Source: Tubulanus polymorphus
Taxonomy: Eukaryota > Animalia > Nemertea
DNA: 64,000 nt
Direction of reading: 5' to 3'
NCBI RefSeq assembly: GCF_964204645.1
Contig: NC_134027.1
Location: 9,828,485 to 9,892,484, forward strand
Shown here: piece by piece, positions 23,656-38,625 of the stretch
Layout: each line of letters opens with the position of its first letter
Numbering within the stretch: the stretch's first letter is position 1
The notes under the pieces: generated by a model
Seen by the model: only the letters and a program-made list of their open reading frames with translations
Told to the model about the DNA's origin: nothing
The model's database searches: none
Translations under genes and position numbers: made by a program

Positions 23656-24648
23656 CAATCATCGACGTAAAATGAACTGATATTTTGCTCAGCGAAAAAT
23701 CTCGACGTATCGGTAGTTTGTGCGCAACGCGTTATCAAGTCACTTTCTTTAGTTGTCACAAACGTCTTAAGCAAGAGAGCCAGGTTTTATGACTCGCATT
23801 AGAAAGTCCTAGTTGCAGAAATGTGTCTAGCGGTTTTATTTTCCCAGAAAAGAATTCTCGATGCGTTTGCACGCTTCGCTAACGAGGCAGTAAATTGTAT
23901 CTTTTTCGTTGTCACAATCCTCCCTCCTTGGCTAGAATGTCGATCTAGCATTTCCCAGGTTACTCGCATAAGTATACTACTTACTATGATGTTGGGAGAG
24001 TTTATGACGTAGAGTACCAGCTCTTGTCTTCCCTGGTTCATGTTACATATCGATGTTTATCCGTTTAGTATTTGGATAGCGAGTATTCCCAAGCAGAATA
24101 TTAAATTCCAGGTGTACATTCTAATCAAAATCCTTATCATGGTTGCTCACATGTCCTGATGCCAGATATTTTTATTTCTCAAACAGCTCATTCTTTTCAA
24201 GGTATGGACATCAAAATAATTATCGGTTTAATGATGAGTCGAGAGTTGTGGAGTGGAAGACATAACCAAAGTAAGATGACGCAGAATGGACTATAGTATT
24301 CCATTTAAAAACAACGCAGAGCAAGAAGTGTGAAGTGTAATGAATTTTATTTTTTTCTTAAAATTCAATTACATTTATACATAAATAAATCACCATATCA
24401 ACGACACTTTTTCTACTAGAATGCAGTAATTTTTGTTTAATGTATATACATAAAGAAATTATCTGTTGAATGCTTTTATGTTTGCTTAGATGCTGATGTC
24501 CCATAATGTCTTGTTCAAACAACGAAAGTCTTTGGATCTCCTTCAGCAAAATGTGGCAGTGAGTCTCCTCTGAGACTGAGATACTTCTATCACGAAATAA
24601 TTCGATGTAAATGCAATTGTAATCACTGATTGTAGGTCCAATACAACT

Positions 24649-27600
24649 TCAGCCGATGTAACCACTTTTGCAATGTGCTAGAAGAAAAGAAATCAATGGT
24701 ATTAAATTGTTAATAATGAAAGTTAATAATTGTGATTTTTCTAAAGGGAGCGTTTGAATAGAACGCATAATACAATTTTGCCATTTCTAGACCCCCCAGA
24801 CCACCCTTTGTAGACCCCCCCCCATTCTAAGACCCTTAGCATTAGCATTAACTTAAACCTGTAGGCTAAAGGCTTAAGTTAATGTTAATGCTTTCTCTCG
24901 AGGACTAACACTGCGTACCGATAAACTGTGAAACCGGATCAGATCCATCTTCGTTTTGTAACATTCCGGTAACGTCTTTATTCTCGATCAACGGCAAGAA
25001 TAGCTGCATAAACTCGGGCGTGTACGGTGCGGCGATCACATCGAGCACCTTAATTCAACGATATGAAAATCAACTTCGGTCATTTCGAAAAAGAATGAAA
25101 CAAAGTAAATCAAATATAGTGGAACCTCGTTACAATGAACTTTATGGGACCAGAAAACCTGTTCTTTATAACCGATAGTTCGGTATTTCCAGTATAAAAT
25201 TATTGTTTTATGAAATTATGTTCCTATATTCTAGGTTTGTGATAACCGATAGATTGTTATATCCGCCGTCAACGAGGTTCCACTGTAGAAATGGACAACA
25301 ATTAAGCACATTATACTATGAGTTACTAAAATGCATTGCATGGCAACCCCTATAATTGAAAGAAGTAGCTATCAGACTACTTTAAGATGGATTTAGAATT
25401 ATCAAATTGTTAAATTCAGCCATCGAAATAACAAATTTTTCGATTTAACTTAAGTACGGTACATGTATTAACGTATTTCACATAGCTTCAAATCAATTAA
25501 ACAAATATCATATAATCATAAAAGACGAAGCTCAGAATTCTAGGGTATTTTGCACCTTAAATTTTGATTTCCTGATTATAAGGGTATATCTAATGGATTT
25601 AAGGACCCGTAGGAATCCTGATATAGTATACTATATACCTCTATAACGAAGTGTCTGATTAGTGATATATCAGTTTCCTGTCGTTCCCAGCAAGATTTGA
25701 TATAACTGATCACTGGAAGCACGCATCCTCTACTCAATAAATGAACCATACGATCTAATAGTGTTTTCTTAAGTTCCAACTGAAAAAAACGGGTATTCAA
25801 GTTTTCGGCATAATCAAACGTATGTATACGGCTTCCACCAACCCTGTATAATACAGGGTTGGAAGCCATGATATATCGATCCAGCCTAATGAAGGGAAAA
25901 TGAGGGGTGTCATAAGTAGCCTCAAAAATTTAAAATTGATACATTTCTATGCATTCCAAGCATATCCCGTCATTGAAGGCCTTTAAAGGGTAGGGTAAAA
26001 TTTTTGCTTTTTTTTTTAGGGACACTGAGCCAATATTACCTGTTCAAGAATCTCCAGGTCATCATATGTTGTCTCAAATAGTCTGATGAGCAGATCAAGA
26101 ACCTTGTTGTGCATCAACATGTGACACGATACAATCTACAACAAATTATAGGTAATTCAATATAGAACTAGAAGCCCAGGAGACACAATATGAATGCAAT
26201 AGCCCACAGGAGGACTTAAGTCCCAAGAGGGCTAAAAATCAACCACAAATTAGAGAACAGAGTACCGGTACTCTGATCCAGTACGAGATATTCTCAGAAA
26301 ACCTACTTCATCAAGTAGAACGAGATGCAGGGGTGTATGGTCTGTGTTCAATTTGAAGTAACTTGCGTCGGATACAGTGCAGTCGACAGCTAGTAACACA
26401 CCCATAGACACAACCGGAAATCTGGAAGACAATACCATAACAATAATCAAAATATCTAATCATCAGTGGTTTCAGCATTCAGCTAAAACTTACGAATAGG
26501 GCTGTTTGAAGAGCTGTTTTATATTATAGAACACCGCTACGACTGGTGAGCAAAATATAAACCGCTTCTTAAATAACTAAAACTAAAACCATATCCATAA
26601 CTTACTTGATGCACTGAAAGAGAGTACCAATATCAGCGAGCAGTTCCGAAGAACCTTTATTTTCACAGCACAATACGTGGGCCTTTTCTATCGCTTGAAT
26701 CGTAGGTTTGAGTTCGTCTTTGTTGATATTTTTTCTTTGGCCCTTTGAAAAAGATTATCGAATCTTGCAATGAGAACTGAGAACACTTATAAATATGTAT
26801 CATATTGGATTAACGCTAATAGCCTACAAATATTGATGGCTTTTAGATACCTTTTTATACGTCTCTATAACGCTGACGGCGTACGCATGAATGTATATAT
26901 ACTTCGATTTATGATCCTGGTTGATCTTCGAGCCCGGTTTGAACAAAGCCACATTGAACATATCTATAAAACAACATTCAAACAGTTGAGATTAAAATGA
27001 AGCTAGCCAAATCATGACAAATGCACTGTACATGTATATGTCTTACAATGCCTGTAGCTAGAGAGTAGATCAAGACAATGATTAATTACCTAATAACTGC
27101 GGGGATCGTACCAGCTCAACAGGAGGCGGATCTGGTCCGGTGTACATTTTGTACAGCTAAAAACAATAACGAATAGAAAGATAAACGTGTAAATAAATCA
27201 CACAAAATTGAAACCGAAATTTTTCACAATAACCTCCAATAATCTTTAACTGAAGGATTACAGGGAAGTCAAATTTTCTTAGCTGATGAAATAAACAGAA
27301 AAAAAATTATAAAATACATTTACAAAAGGGCCAAAACAAAACAGCTATAGAGGTGACTGCACAAATCACTCGAGGATTGAATCAAATTACCACAGTTATA
27401 TCAGCCGGATTAAGCGCCCTTCTTGACAACATAGCGGATAATGCTTGACAGGCCCGGGGATAGGCAGCCGCGCCACTCAGTGCCATCGTTATAGGTGTAA
27501 CATCTAATCCCCTGAAAATATTTCAAAATGGTTTGGAATTTTCTAACGTATATTAACATTTGATTCATTTGTAATATCTAAGATCAGACTGGACTTTTAA

Positions 27601-30145
27601 ACAGCAAGTTGAAAACAATCTATGTATCTGCTGGTACAATCACAATGTACCTCTTTTCACAGGGTCAGCAAGTTATTTTAGCAAATTCTTGCATCATGCA
27701 TTTCTGATTAGAGTTATACTTATATGCTGACTAGTAGAACTATTTCCAAAGATAAAAATATTTTCTCAGGAACTGCATCGTCCTAAACAATATGTACCTT
27801 TCCAATGCACTCTTCTGCAACTCCTGACAAAGCCGGCGTATGTTCGAACCACCTTTATTCTCCTGCGCTAGTATATGCATTAGAACCTGGCTGTACAAGT
27901 ACGTATGTTCTCCGTGACACAACATTTTCTAAAAATAAAAGTAAACTTATCCATACTGAGTTCAATTCTAACCTTATGATATTGTTTGATAAATTGTACT
28001 GGAGCGTAAACTAGTATCAGAATGAACAGATTTTAAATGCCGAAATGTTTTTTGTTTTCATTCTGATGTATGTCGAAATTTTGCTATACTAAGGCCTAGA
28101 GAACTTCCTTTAAAAGTGACATTTTCAGCTTTACCGGTAGAAAAAATTGAAACCTAAATTAAACTCACTGTGAATTCAGGTAAATTCTTCTTAATTGCTT
28201 CTTCCCCGCCGGATATAAATGACTTGATGGATGTGCGAATCACTCGCGAGAACACCTCGATCTGATGACATGCCGTAGAAACTGTTGTGATTTCGCCTTG
28301 AAATCCGGCATCAGAAATCAACTTTGAATTGAAAAGAAAATTGATCAACTAGAAATTACAGCATTACAAATGGACAGACACATCAGGTTAGAAGTGTAGA
28401 AAATAGGTCCTATGACCCTTTTGATTCTAAATGAATAAAGATACATGAAGTAAGGTAAACTATGTGTAAGACAGATGTCTTAGGACTGGGTGATTTTCTA
28501 TGATTTTCTATGACTTTAGATTGTAAATTGTGACTTCAAGAGCTCAATCATAGTACTAGGCCTATATATCTTATCTTACATGACAACTGCAAAGGTGAAG
28601 CCTACACACACCTCACCCTATTTTAGCCTGATTGGTTCAATGACGGAAATATCATAATGTTGCTAAAAAGCTTCTATGTCCGACTTATAAATGATTTTTT
28701 AATTTTAATACATTTCGAATCATAAAACAACTAACTACATTTTTTGGGACAGGACTACAATTGAAAATGAGGAGAAAAGGGCCCAATATTTTCATACAAA
28801 CTATTTATCTGACTAATGCATGGTTTACTGTACTATATATGTGAGAATATCGTACTTTAATTACGTATGAATAGCGCTTATAGTACCTTAATCGTGAAAT
28901 TCAACATGAGACAGTCAGGGTATTCCTCCGCCAGTTTATAAAACAATGAACGCCATGTTGCATGCTCTATCATCTCGGCTAACCAGGATGGAGTCTGAAA
29001 AAGAAAACATTTTGGATTGCTATACAGTGATGAATTAACTATCCCACGTAATGAGCAAAACAGAACTGAAATACAGACTTCCATCAGAAAGGATGGAAGC
29101 TTCAATTAACTTATTATATAAGCTTTGATTTTCTAGTTAAATTGAGGATTTCTGGAGGCAGCCATAATTTTTTCTCGTATAGATATAGGCCTATTGTTAT
29201 CATATGAATGGATTGAGAATCAAGGACAAGTAACATACTTCTCCCTCATCGGAGAATATAGAATCGGCTTTCTTTGGATCAAAATGTTTCAGGATCATTT
29301 GCTTAAGGTGATCTTCGACCATTTCTTGCACATCTTTGATATCGGTTCCTGAAAAAATAAACCCCATTGTCAGTAGAAACAAGGCAAGAGTGTTCATCCA
29401 CCTATTTTGAAACTGGGTAAGCGTGCGGAAGCGTGAAAATAGGTAAGACTTACCAACAAGAATGAGCCATTCAGCTAGTAAGTTAGCAGTTTGCGCAATC
29501 GCTACATAATTATCCGATAGAAGAGCGACGACTTGTTCTGGGTTACCTCCTGCTTGGAAATAACTGAAAAGATTGAGAAAAAACCCAGCTCTTTAAACTT
29601 GTGTGACGTTTACTACTGAGTTGACAATCAGTCCAGAAGAAATTTTATACCGTTTGAGGGTGTTAAAAACTCCAGGTTCCATAATGAAATCATTAGTAGA
29701 GAATTCTTGAATACATTCTTCCTGTATAATATGATCATTCTCTTCATCATGTTCTGCTTCATGTTCTGGAGACTGAAAAGAAAGCACCAAAATAATTGTA
29801 TTTCTGAAATCCGATCCCAAATATTTTTAGTGCAGTTTTAGATCATTTCTGCAAACTCTTATTGGAAATGATTACGGACACAATTGGGATGTAACGCCAC
29901 AGTTGTTGATTTAAAGTAGGCCTATGAAGTATCCAACCATCTATCTTTTGGGAACAGTTAAGCCTAACTTAAAATGGTTGATAAAGACCACTACTACAGA
30001 GGCCTACGCCACGGTAACCCAACCCCCGGCCAAACTAAATGATAACAATTCTGCAGCAACCAAAAACAGGAACGTCAATGATTAAATCACGACTTACACC
30101 AAGATCATGGTCTTCATCCCAAGCATCTTCGTATTCAAATGACAT
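24649..30145 (-). CDS. NELFCD: Negative elongation factor C/D (TH1-like), about 16 exons
   Basis: [105 protein letters not shown], terminal [12 protein letters not shown] at 30145; GT-AG introns. Confidence 0.96.
24838..24892. repeat. Short inverted repeat (hairpin or MITE remnant) in the last NELFCD intron
   Basis: agcattagcattaacttaa ... ttaagttaatgttaatgct. Confidence 0.6.
25117..25285. mobile_element. Tc1/mariner (pogo/Tigger-like) MITE
   Basis: TIRs tagtggaacctcgtt / aacgaggttccactg flanked by TA. Confidence 0.75.
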
Positions 30146-30203
30146 GTTGAGGACGCTTTTTACCGAGCAAAATTGATTTTCACGAAAAAATCACAATTTC
30201 TAT

Positions 30204-30220
30204 GGGCGCTGCCATCTTGA
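30204..30220 (-). promoter_or_regulatory. YY1-like motif near the NELFCD transcription start
   Basis: Minus strand CAAGATGGCAGC against consensus CAAGATGGCGGC, about 60 bp upstream of the ATG. Confidence 0.5.
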
Positions 30221-30263
30221 ATGCCTAAATCAGGGATCCGGAATGTTTGAAACAGATTTGCCT

Positions 30264-30373
30264 AAAACACGGACATGCGTGCGGTCGACCGTATACTTTC
30301 ATCTCTACCAGTGCCATCAAAACACGGACATGCGTGCGGTCGACCGTATACTTTCATCTTTACCAGTGCCATC
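30264..30373. repeat. 55-bp tandem duplication between the divergent NELFCD and adhesion GPCR genes
   Basis: aaaacacggacatgcgtgcggtcgaccgtatactttcatct(c/t)taccagtgccatc x2, one mismatch. Confidence 0.92.
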
Positions 30374-30709
30374 AGTTCACTCGACGGCCAATATCGACAG
30401 AATGGCAAAAAGGAGCGAAGTAAATCTCGAAACACTCTGACCGGTTTATTTTCGGAGAGAAATATCGTGAGAGCTCTATCAATCAAATAACAAGATCGTG
30501 TCCAATAAACATAACTGACGTGATCGTGCTGTGGAGCGAGTGATTAAACACACGGTCCCCAGTCACTAATTAATTAATTTTCCATTGGACGAAAAGCCAG
30601 GTAATTAGATCAGCGTGTTGATTAGTTTTTACTGACGATATTTAATCATAGCGAGGAAGAAGTCCCATGTTTTGCGTCAATCTTTACTCATTTCGTCGGG
30701 GTTTCTCGT

Positions 30710-33700
30710 ATGGGCCAGTTGCCGGGTCTGCTCATGGAAAGGATTAGGAGAGTGTCTTTCTTCATTTTTGTAAGTTTTACTTTTCTTCCCGTATTAAAAT
30801 TTTCTAAACTTTTTCTGAATTATTCTAAAACATTGTAAAATCTTGCGCTTTGGTGCAAGTCTCAAGATACATACAAATTTTTGACCATCTGAAATTAAAA
30901 GTAAAAACAAAAGTTTACTTTTAGAGTAACTTAAACATTTTTGCACTTTAGGCTTGTATTTTGTCTTTGACGCAATGTTCCTCAGGTAAGATTCGAAAAC
31001 TTAAAGTATCACTGTAGTAAATCAGTACACTGCATCGTGTTTTTAAGAGAACAAATCTGCCTGTAATTAAAACAAAACTGCCTTGAATTAAAACTTTTCG
31101 TATTCCAATAACATTATTTTCTGATATAGCAGTGCCTCAAAATTGCGAAGGAGGTACGTGCACGAATGAAGGGACATGGAACTCCACGTCTTGTACGTGT
31201 GCATGCAAAATCGGTTTCATGGGGAAAACATGTAAAGGTAACTGAAATCTATTATGATGAACCCTTATTCAGAGCAATCACACGGAGACGATTTGGCCCG
31301 GGCCAAATTGGCACGAATCAGGCCCTAGTCAAATTAGGCCAGTGCCTAGTTAGAGAGAGAGAGAGCATTAGAACACGTAAACCACTCACTCGATAGTAAA
31401 CAATGCTTACTGCCTTACCTACCGATGAAATATTTTAGCCACCTTCTACACTTTCCCGATTATTGGTATGGCGGCGAGTAGGAGGAGTTAAAAGCCCACA
31501 GAAAGAAGCAATCATCTATCATTGCAGATGAATGTGCAGATCTGAGTAATTCCTGCCACCCAAACTATAGATGCAGCGGATACACGAGCTCTTGGTGTAC
31601 AAAAGACCACCCTTACGTCACCGACGCATGTGTGGCCATGTGCGGACTCTGCTGTAAGTATACAACATCGCATGAGAAATATACATGACGCCCGTTCGAA
31701 TACGTAACCTGGGCTAGTAGTTACACAACCCATTAACTAATAGAATATGCTTGGAATGCGACTGTTTTTTTTCGATGGATCGAAAAAACTCCACTTAAAC
31801 TTAAGTTTGGTCTCAGATGTAAGTCTAACTTTTGTTTGACATTTTATAGTGACACATGCGCAAACCATTGTAAGCTTACTTTGGTATATTCTTTATACCA
31901 TATCTTTTTCAGATTTGAAACCGTATTCTGATGCGTTGGTGTATTTCAATTTCAACGAGTTTGATTCTAACCGAACGGTAAAATCATTTTTGTTAATCTG
32001 TACGGTTCGAAAGTATTTCGCGTAATTATAAACTTCCGCGCGGTCCCTAAAGCGAGGGAACTGAAATTTACCTGTTGAGTAAATCATGAGACTTTCTTAT
32101 TTCAGATACGGAGTATGAACGGAGCAGTTTATAGTGACCCGTTACCGAACGGATTGTCTTTGAAACCAGGGCGCGTATCGAATAAATTGAACTTTCAAGC
32201 AAAACACGGTAGCACATGTGCCGTCTTGGGCAATTATTCAGGTACGTATGATTTTATGCTTATACTCATAAATTTGGTTAGATTTAAGGTCATAGATCAT
32301 TATCTACAATTGACAGGGACCTGTATTAGTGACCCGGGAATATGCGCATCGTCCGGTGTAACGTACGCTTTCTACCTCATTGCGCAACACGACTATCCTC
32401 ACAACAACTACTCGTACAAGTCCGACGCTTATTTCATTAATACAGGTATATCCACGATGAGTTCTCTAGACATAGGTTCTAGACCATTTTGCTGTTAGTG
32501 AAACTAGTCGTGCGTAAATTTTTACAGGGGCCGCCGACACTGGCACCGGGTTTGTCGTCTGGTACGACAAGAATATCGATAAATTCAGGATTCGCGTTGC
32601 CGATCGAGGAATAAGATGTGACGTCATCATGACGTATCATATGGGTTACGACGACGCGGAAATGACCACTGACCAGAAGAATGCACGACACGTTGTCGTA
32701 ACGTGGCGTCAAATTAACGGTCTTTTTTTAATTCACGAGTATAATCTTTTTTCGAATGGGTTTTACTGGGATATTATCATCTTCTTTTGCACGTTATTAT
32801 TTCTAAATTCCACACAAAAATAATCTTGTTTTGTAACAAATTTTCAGAAGTATATTTTCGATATTGTTTTCATAGGAATTTCCGTGTTTTTGAATGGTCA
32901 AGTAAAGAAGACAAACACAGAATGCATCAATGAAACGCGATCAATAGTCAACACGCACCTATATGTCGGTTGCAAAAATGATGCCAAGTCAGTGTCGATT
33001 ATATATGGCCAAAGAGGATGTGCCTTTGATGATGTTATTAGGTATCATATATATCTAAATTACAGTGTCATTGGGCCTTATGCCGGCAGTATAGATGAAC
33101 TAGCAATTTGGGACCGCATTCTCAGTCATTTGGAAATACTTGAAATCTACAACCTTAACTTTCCTAATGGTGAGTCATTTCAATTCGTGGAACATAATTT
33201 GGCTTTGTAACATTGAAGATTCTATTCCCTGAAGTTGAATAATCCTTTTCGTTTATTTGTGTTACGTAATACGGCAGAGTATATGGGAATACGTTTTTTC
33301 GAAGGTTTATATTTCCATAGTCATTATCAAGCCTCTATTTTGCAAAATATTCCATATATAAGTGAAACCAACAATATTTCAATGTATTCATTCAACAAGG
33401 AACGACGGGAATATGTGGGGCGCCGCCCATTCCTACGACTTCTGTCGATGCAGAGTCGACCAGTCGTACAGCTGCGACGCCTATCAGTGCAGCTTCCATT
33501 AAGATTCCAACCAAACGAGATTCGGAAAGTTTCGATTCAGCCATCAAATCGCTATCAAATATTCACGAGAAGCTTAAAGACCCTGAAGTCGACGTACTCA
33601 AAGTTGCGAAACTGGTGGAATTATTGAAGGAATCGAAACCATTCAACACTCTCAATGATCAACAAGTTATCGACGTTACGGATGTAAGACGCAAACTGGA

Positions 33701-36700
33701 AATATCACCGAAAATACATACACGTCTCCATTGTAATGATGAATCAATTGATTAGCATTTTAGCATTTGTAATATTACCCGAAAGATTTTCTGGATTTTA
33801 GGTTATCAGTGGTGTGATGAATGATGCTCAACAGTCCACCGTTCTTAAATCATGGAACAAAACTGTCGAGGTCAGTCACGATCTTTTATTCAGTTCCTTA
33901 ATCCATCTGTACCTTGTATTGATAAATACCTTTGATTTTAAAGTACCATTTTTCCCATCTCACAGACGAGAGTGGCGGCAGCGCAAACGGTATACTCATT
34001 AGACGAGATAGTAACGCAAGCCTCATCCAGACTTGTCGAAATTGGTCACCAAATCAACACTACACTAGAATTCGTACAACCGCACGCAGGTCTATTAATT
34101 CTATGTCAACGAAATTCATATTTTGATTTGGTTTGAGCATTACCTATCTTTTTAAGAACATGCATGGTTTATCTTTTCGTTTATTTTTCGACAAATAGAA
34201 GTAAATATCAAGATGATGAACCGACGAAATGTTCCTGTCAAACTTCCGGAAAGCGGTAATGTTACTGGATCAGTATCATTATTGTCTTATAATGATGTTG
34301 AAAGTGATCCCTTAGCAGTCGCTACTACGACCTATAAGTCTATCCAATCCGTATTACCAAATGAAATCGAGAATATCTCACAGTAAGTCAATGAAATTGA
34401 CTGATTTAAATTTGTTTCGAATACTTTAAATTATAATTGCATATGTGTTCGATGTATTTTAGCATCATTGGTAGCAACATTATTGGAGTATCTATTGTTT
34501 CTAATAATACTGGACTAAACCAATTAAAAGTTGACATAGAATTTCCTATTCCCGGTTGTGAAGCTGAGCCTAAATGTGTCTTTTTACAAAAGGAAAAGAG
34601 CAATAAAAGGTGAACTCAAACATAGAAAATATAAATCTTTGATCATTTCAATAATCAATACTGTATCATTTCAAATCATCAAAATTCGTCTGTTATTCTA
34701 AAATCAATGCAGTTCAGAAGGCGACGTAATACGATGGTCTGGTGACGGCTGCTCATTGGTTGATTTCGTTAACGACAGCGGTTTGATCAAAATGGTAAAA
34801 TGTCGATGTAACCACACGACAAACTTCGCAGTACTTCTGCAAGTGAAGAGCGTTAAGGTAAATCTCTAGTCCTGATTTTTGCCCTCAAAATAAATCGGTC
34901 GTTGTAATAAAGTTTCTCGGTATTTATCATTTCACGAGCATAATTTTCACACCTCATTCCTCATTCAAACGATTGAAAAAAGCCTCACGTGAAAATATTA
35001 TTGTCATGTTTCAAGTTATCGAGTAAAGACACGAAGGCCCTTGAGATCATCACCTACATCGGCTGTACGTTATCCATCCTGGGGACGACGCTGACGATTC
35101 TGACATTCATATTTCTCCGGTAAAGCAAATGAATAACTTCATTCAGTTAACAGTGCATAGATCCTGAACTTAAGAAAAGAGGTTATATAAGATATAGAAA
35201 TATGGAGTAGTTGTCGGGAATGAGATTTCAAAAAAAAATGTAATTTCACAAGTTTATAATTCTAGGATGTATACGGATAGAGTGTTAGTTCACGTAAACT
35301 TAGCCCTTGCCATATTGTTCTCGCAAACTCTTCTTCTTGCGGGAAGCGGTGTTCAACGAAATACGGTCAGTATAATCGAAATGACAGTATCAACGAATAA
35401 GTCTTGAAATGAATTTAAAAATAGAAAATTTATAAAAAAATTTATTGAAATCAAATTTGATATAATGTGTTGTCGTCATTGTTTCTATATTTTGTTGAAC
35501 AGATGCATTTTGCACTTTCTGTGGTTAACGAATAGACTCATTATATCTAAACAAAGAATATATGGGAAATACCGCACTATTAATATCTCCACCGAAATAC
35601 CATATTGGTTTTATGATAAAAAAGTGCTTATCCCTTTTTAAGAGTGGATGTGTTGCTGTGACCGTTTTGCTGTTCTATTTTTACCTGTCCTCATTTTCCT
35701 GGATGCTTATCGAGGGAATACATATCTACTTACAAGTCATCGTTGTGTTCGCGTCGGAGACGAAAATGAAACTCTACTATATATGTGGATGGGGTAAATG
35801 AAAAAAATAATAGGCACCTACGCGATACTTTGTCGTGAATTCTGGGCTCACGACTGTTCGTTTTTTTTTTCAGGTTTGCCGTTGCTAGTTGTCGCGGTCG
35901 CTGGCGGTTTATTCCACGATACGATCGGAACGCATGAAGTGTAAGTAATGTTTAACGATACATCCAAACGACACTATACTTTCTTCAAGAAGCCAACTCG
36001 AAAGAGGAATTGATTTTTTATGAGTATTTCTGATGGAAATCAAACAAATTTAAGTATCTTTGCTCAGGTGTTGGTTATCACCGAATGACAACTCAATCTG
36101 GGCGTTCGCCGTTCCGGCTCTTACTATCGTTTTCGTAAGTCTATCTTTCAGAAATGTCCACATTTCTGTGACGTGATCAGATTTTAGAACTATAAAATCT
36201 TTCTGATTGTAAAAAATACCAATCATCATCGACAGAAATTGACGCACAATCAAATCGATGTATTTTGCAGATAAATTTGGTGATTCTGTTCAGAGTTATG
36301 TACGTCATCGTCGTTTTGAGTGTAACGAAAGAAGATAGCAAGATGACTAGCGCCGTGTAAGTGGCGTATCATGGCCAAATATCTGACCTTCCAGTTTGGA
36401 ATCCTATAACCATCATAGTTTGAAGAAATGTCGTTTTTCGAAGATCTGGATCTGAAGTTAATGTTTGAATCAATCTTAACCAATCGTATATCGTGTTCTG
36501 TCCGTGTAGGAATAATTCGCAATAGTCTTCTGCCTAGTACACAGTTTCAAAATATCTTTATGTAACTTTTTTTGTAGGCAAGCTGCAAAAGCGTCATTAG
36601 TTCTCCTACCGGTCTTGGGTACGACGTGGATATTTGGCGTACTGGCGTTCTCTGAGAAGACGGTCGTCTTTCAGTACGTGTTCGCCTTGACGAATTCTCT

Positions 36701-37946
36701 TCAAGGACTTCTTTTGTTCGTTTGTCACTGCTTGATCAACACGGAGGTAGGCTTTAAAGGAAACCGAAACCGAAAAATAACAGTTTGACCATACCCTTGG
36801 ACTATACGATTCAGTAATACAAATCAGCTAATTCAACCATATTCGATATACCGTGGCTGTATTTAAGGGCTGGTCTCGGGGTACGGACCACTGCCTTCCC
36901 ATTGAGGTTGCCTTTTTCATCAAGACAAAGATCGTTAAAACCTGTAAATTTGACGCTCATCCTTTCGGAAATTGCATATCCATAGATGTATATATTTCTT
37001 AAAAGATATCTAATACCGTGTGAGGGACACCGGTGGACTATGGCATGGCGGCTTTATCTATAAAAACTACTTTCTTCCTTCTGGACCCTGCCTTCCAAAT
37101 TTCATCCGCCCGTTGAATACATGATACGCACCATCTACTTTGATATATGCTTTTCCATTGTCTTGGGTAGAGAGTTCAAATAGTTGCAAAAACAGTAGAA
37201 ATCTCATTTTCTAATGAGTATATACTACTTAAAAACTAATAAACATAATTGAAAAAGGTAAAAAGTATATAATACCACATAGAGATGTCTATTGATCCTG
37301 AAAAATTCAAAAATTTAGATTCAAATTTGTAAGAATCACGAATTTTTGATCGGGATGAGCAATAATTCAAGTTGAATTTTCGGGAAGACGATATCGATGT
37401 TTATAACTTCACCAGCGCGCATTGTTGTATTAGATTTTTAAATGAGTAATCATAAAAAAGTTTAATATCAGTTGAGTTCATCGATATTTTTACTTTGTTT
37501 CTATCCTAATGCAATCCAGAGATATGAACGAAATGAAAAAATTAAACGGGGGAAAATAGAGACAAAGAATTCAACAATGCGGACCCGGTGGGTACCCAAA
37601 AAAATGGCGCCTGGAAACTGTAAAAAGGCTTATTCAAGCGAACGTTTTCGGAAGTTACATTTTCCCATTTATACTCATTAGAAAATAAGATTTTTACTGC
37701 TTTTCTTCTATGGATTTTCAACTTTTCCATTGTTTATCGTCGAAAAATTTCCATTGGTTCCAGGCACCACAACTGCGGATAGACAAGCAGTAATTCTCAA
37801 ACGAATTTTATTTGCAGGTGCGCGAGGTTTTCTATCGTCGGAAATCGGCGTGGGAATCAAGCCACGGTACAATGAGCAGTCGAGTGGAACCGAGTGAGAA
37901 TCGTTCAACGCCCAACGCAAGAAATAATACGACAGGGACAGGTTGA
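30710..37946 (+). CDS. Adhesion GPCR, ADGRD-like: signal, EGF, pentraxin/LamG, GAIN/GPS, 7TM; about 22 exons
   Basis: EGF exon 31130-31237 ([30 protein letters not shown]). LamG motifs [34 protein letters not shown]...[15 protein letters not shown] (34735-34846). 7TM motifs [61 protein letters not shown]. Stop at 37944-37946, AATAAA at 38053. Start codon is tentative. Confidence 0.92.
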
Positions 37947-38544
37947 AGATTGAGACGCACGGAACGTCTTATCGTGTCCTGACACGTAGCATTCTACTTT
38001 CTACGTTGCATACACATTATAATTCATACTTGTATGCCTGTAATATCTGCGAAATAAATTGAAAATGTTTTGACGATGATCGAATCGCGAGACATCGCTT
38101 TACACTTGTTTATTTGGGTCATATCGTGAGTTCGATTAACTCTTTAGGGTTCAAATAAATTCATTTTCAAATATCCAACTGTTAAGTCTGTTCTAACCAA
38201 TACTATGGCATAAGATTTTGGCAAGCTGTGAGTGAATGTTTTTTAAATGTTAGTATTGTGTATACATGTGTAGGGGCGAATCTAGGAAAATCGGGACGCC
38301 GAGGTCCAGAAGAAAAGAGGAGGCATGTTTCAGATAAAGCAGCCATGTCATTTGCTACTAGCGGGCCCACCTATGTGGTAGATACTTTTTAAGACATAAA
38401 TCCGAAAATAAGCAATTTCCGAACCATCGTTGAAATATAAATAGGGCAACCTCAACGAAGTAAGAAAGTTTGTAATATTGCCCAGAACACGCGATGACCC
38501 GAGGCAATCGACTCTGCAGTAATAAACGGAGTTGACATTACCGT

Positions 38545-38548
<4 letters not shown>

Positions 38549-38622
<74 letters not shown>
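38549..38622. repeat. (TA)n microsatellite
   Basis: Directly visible. Confidence 0.99.

Positions 38623-38625
<3 letters not shown>

Noticed and set aside
26845-26856. GTATC donors (also ~59955) as minor U12 introns
   Set aside because: They read gtatct and gtatcg, not the U12 consensus GTATCCTT.
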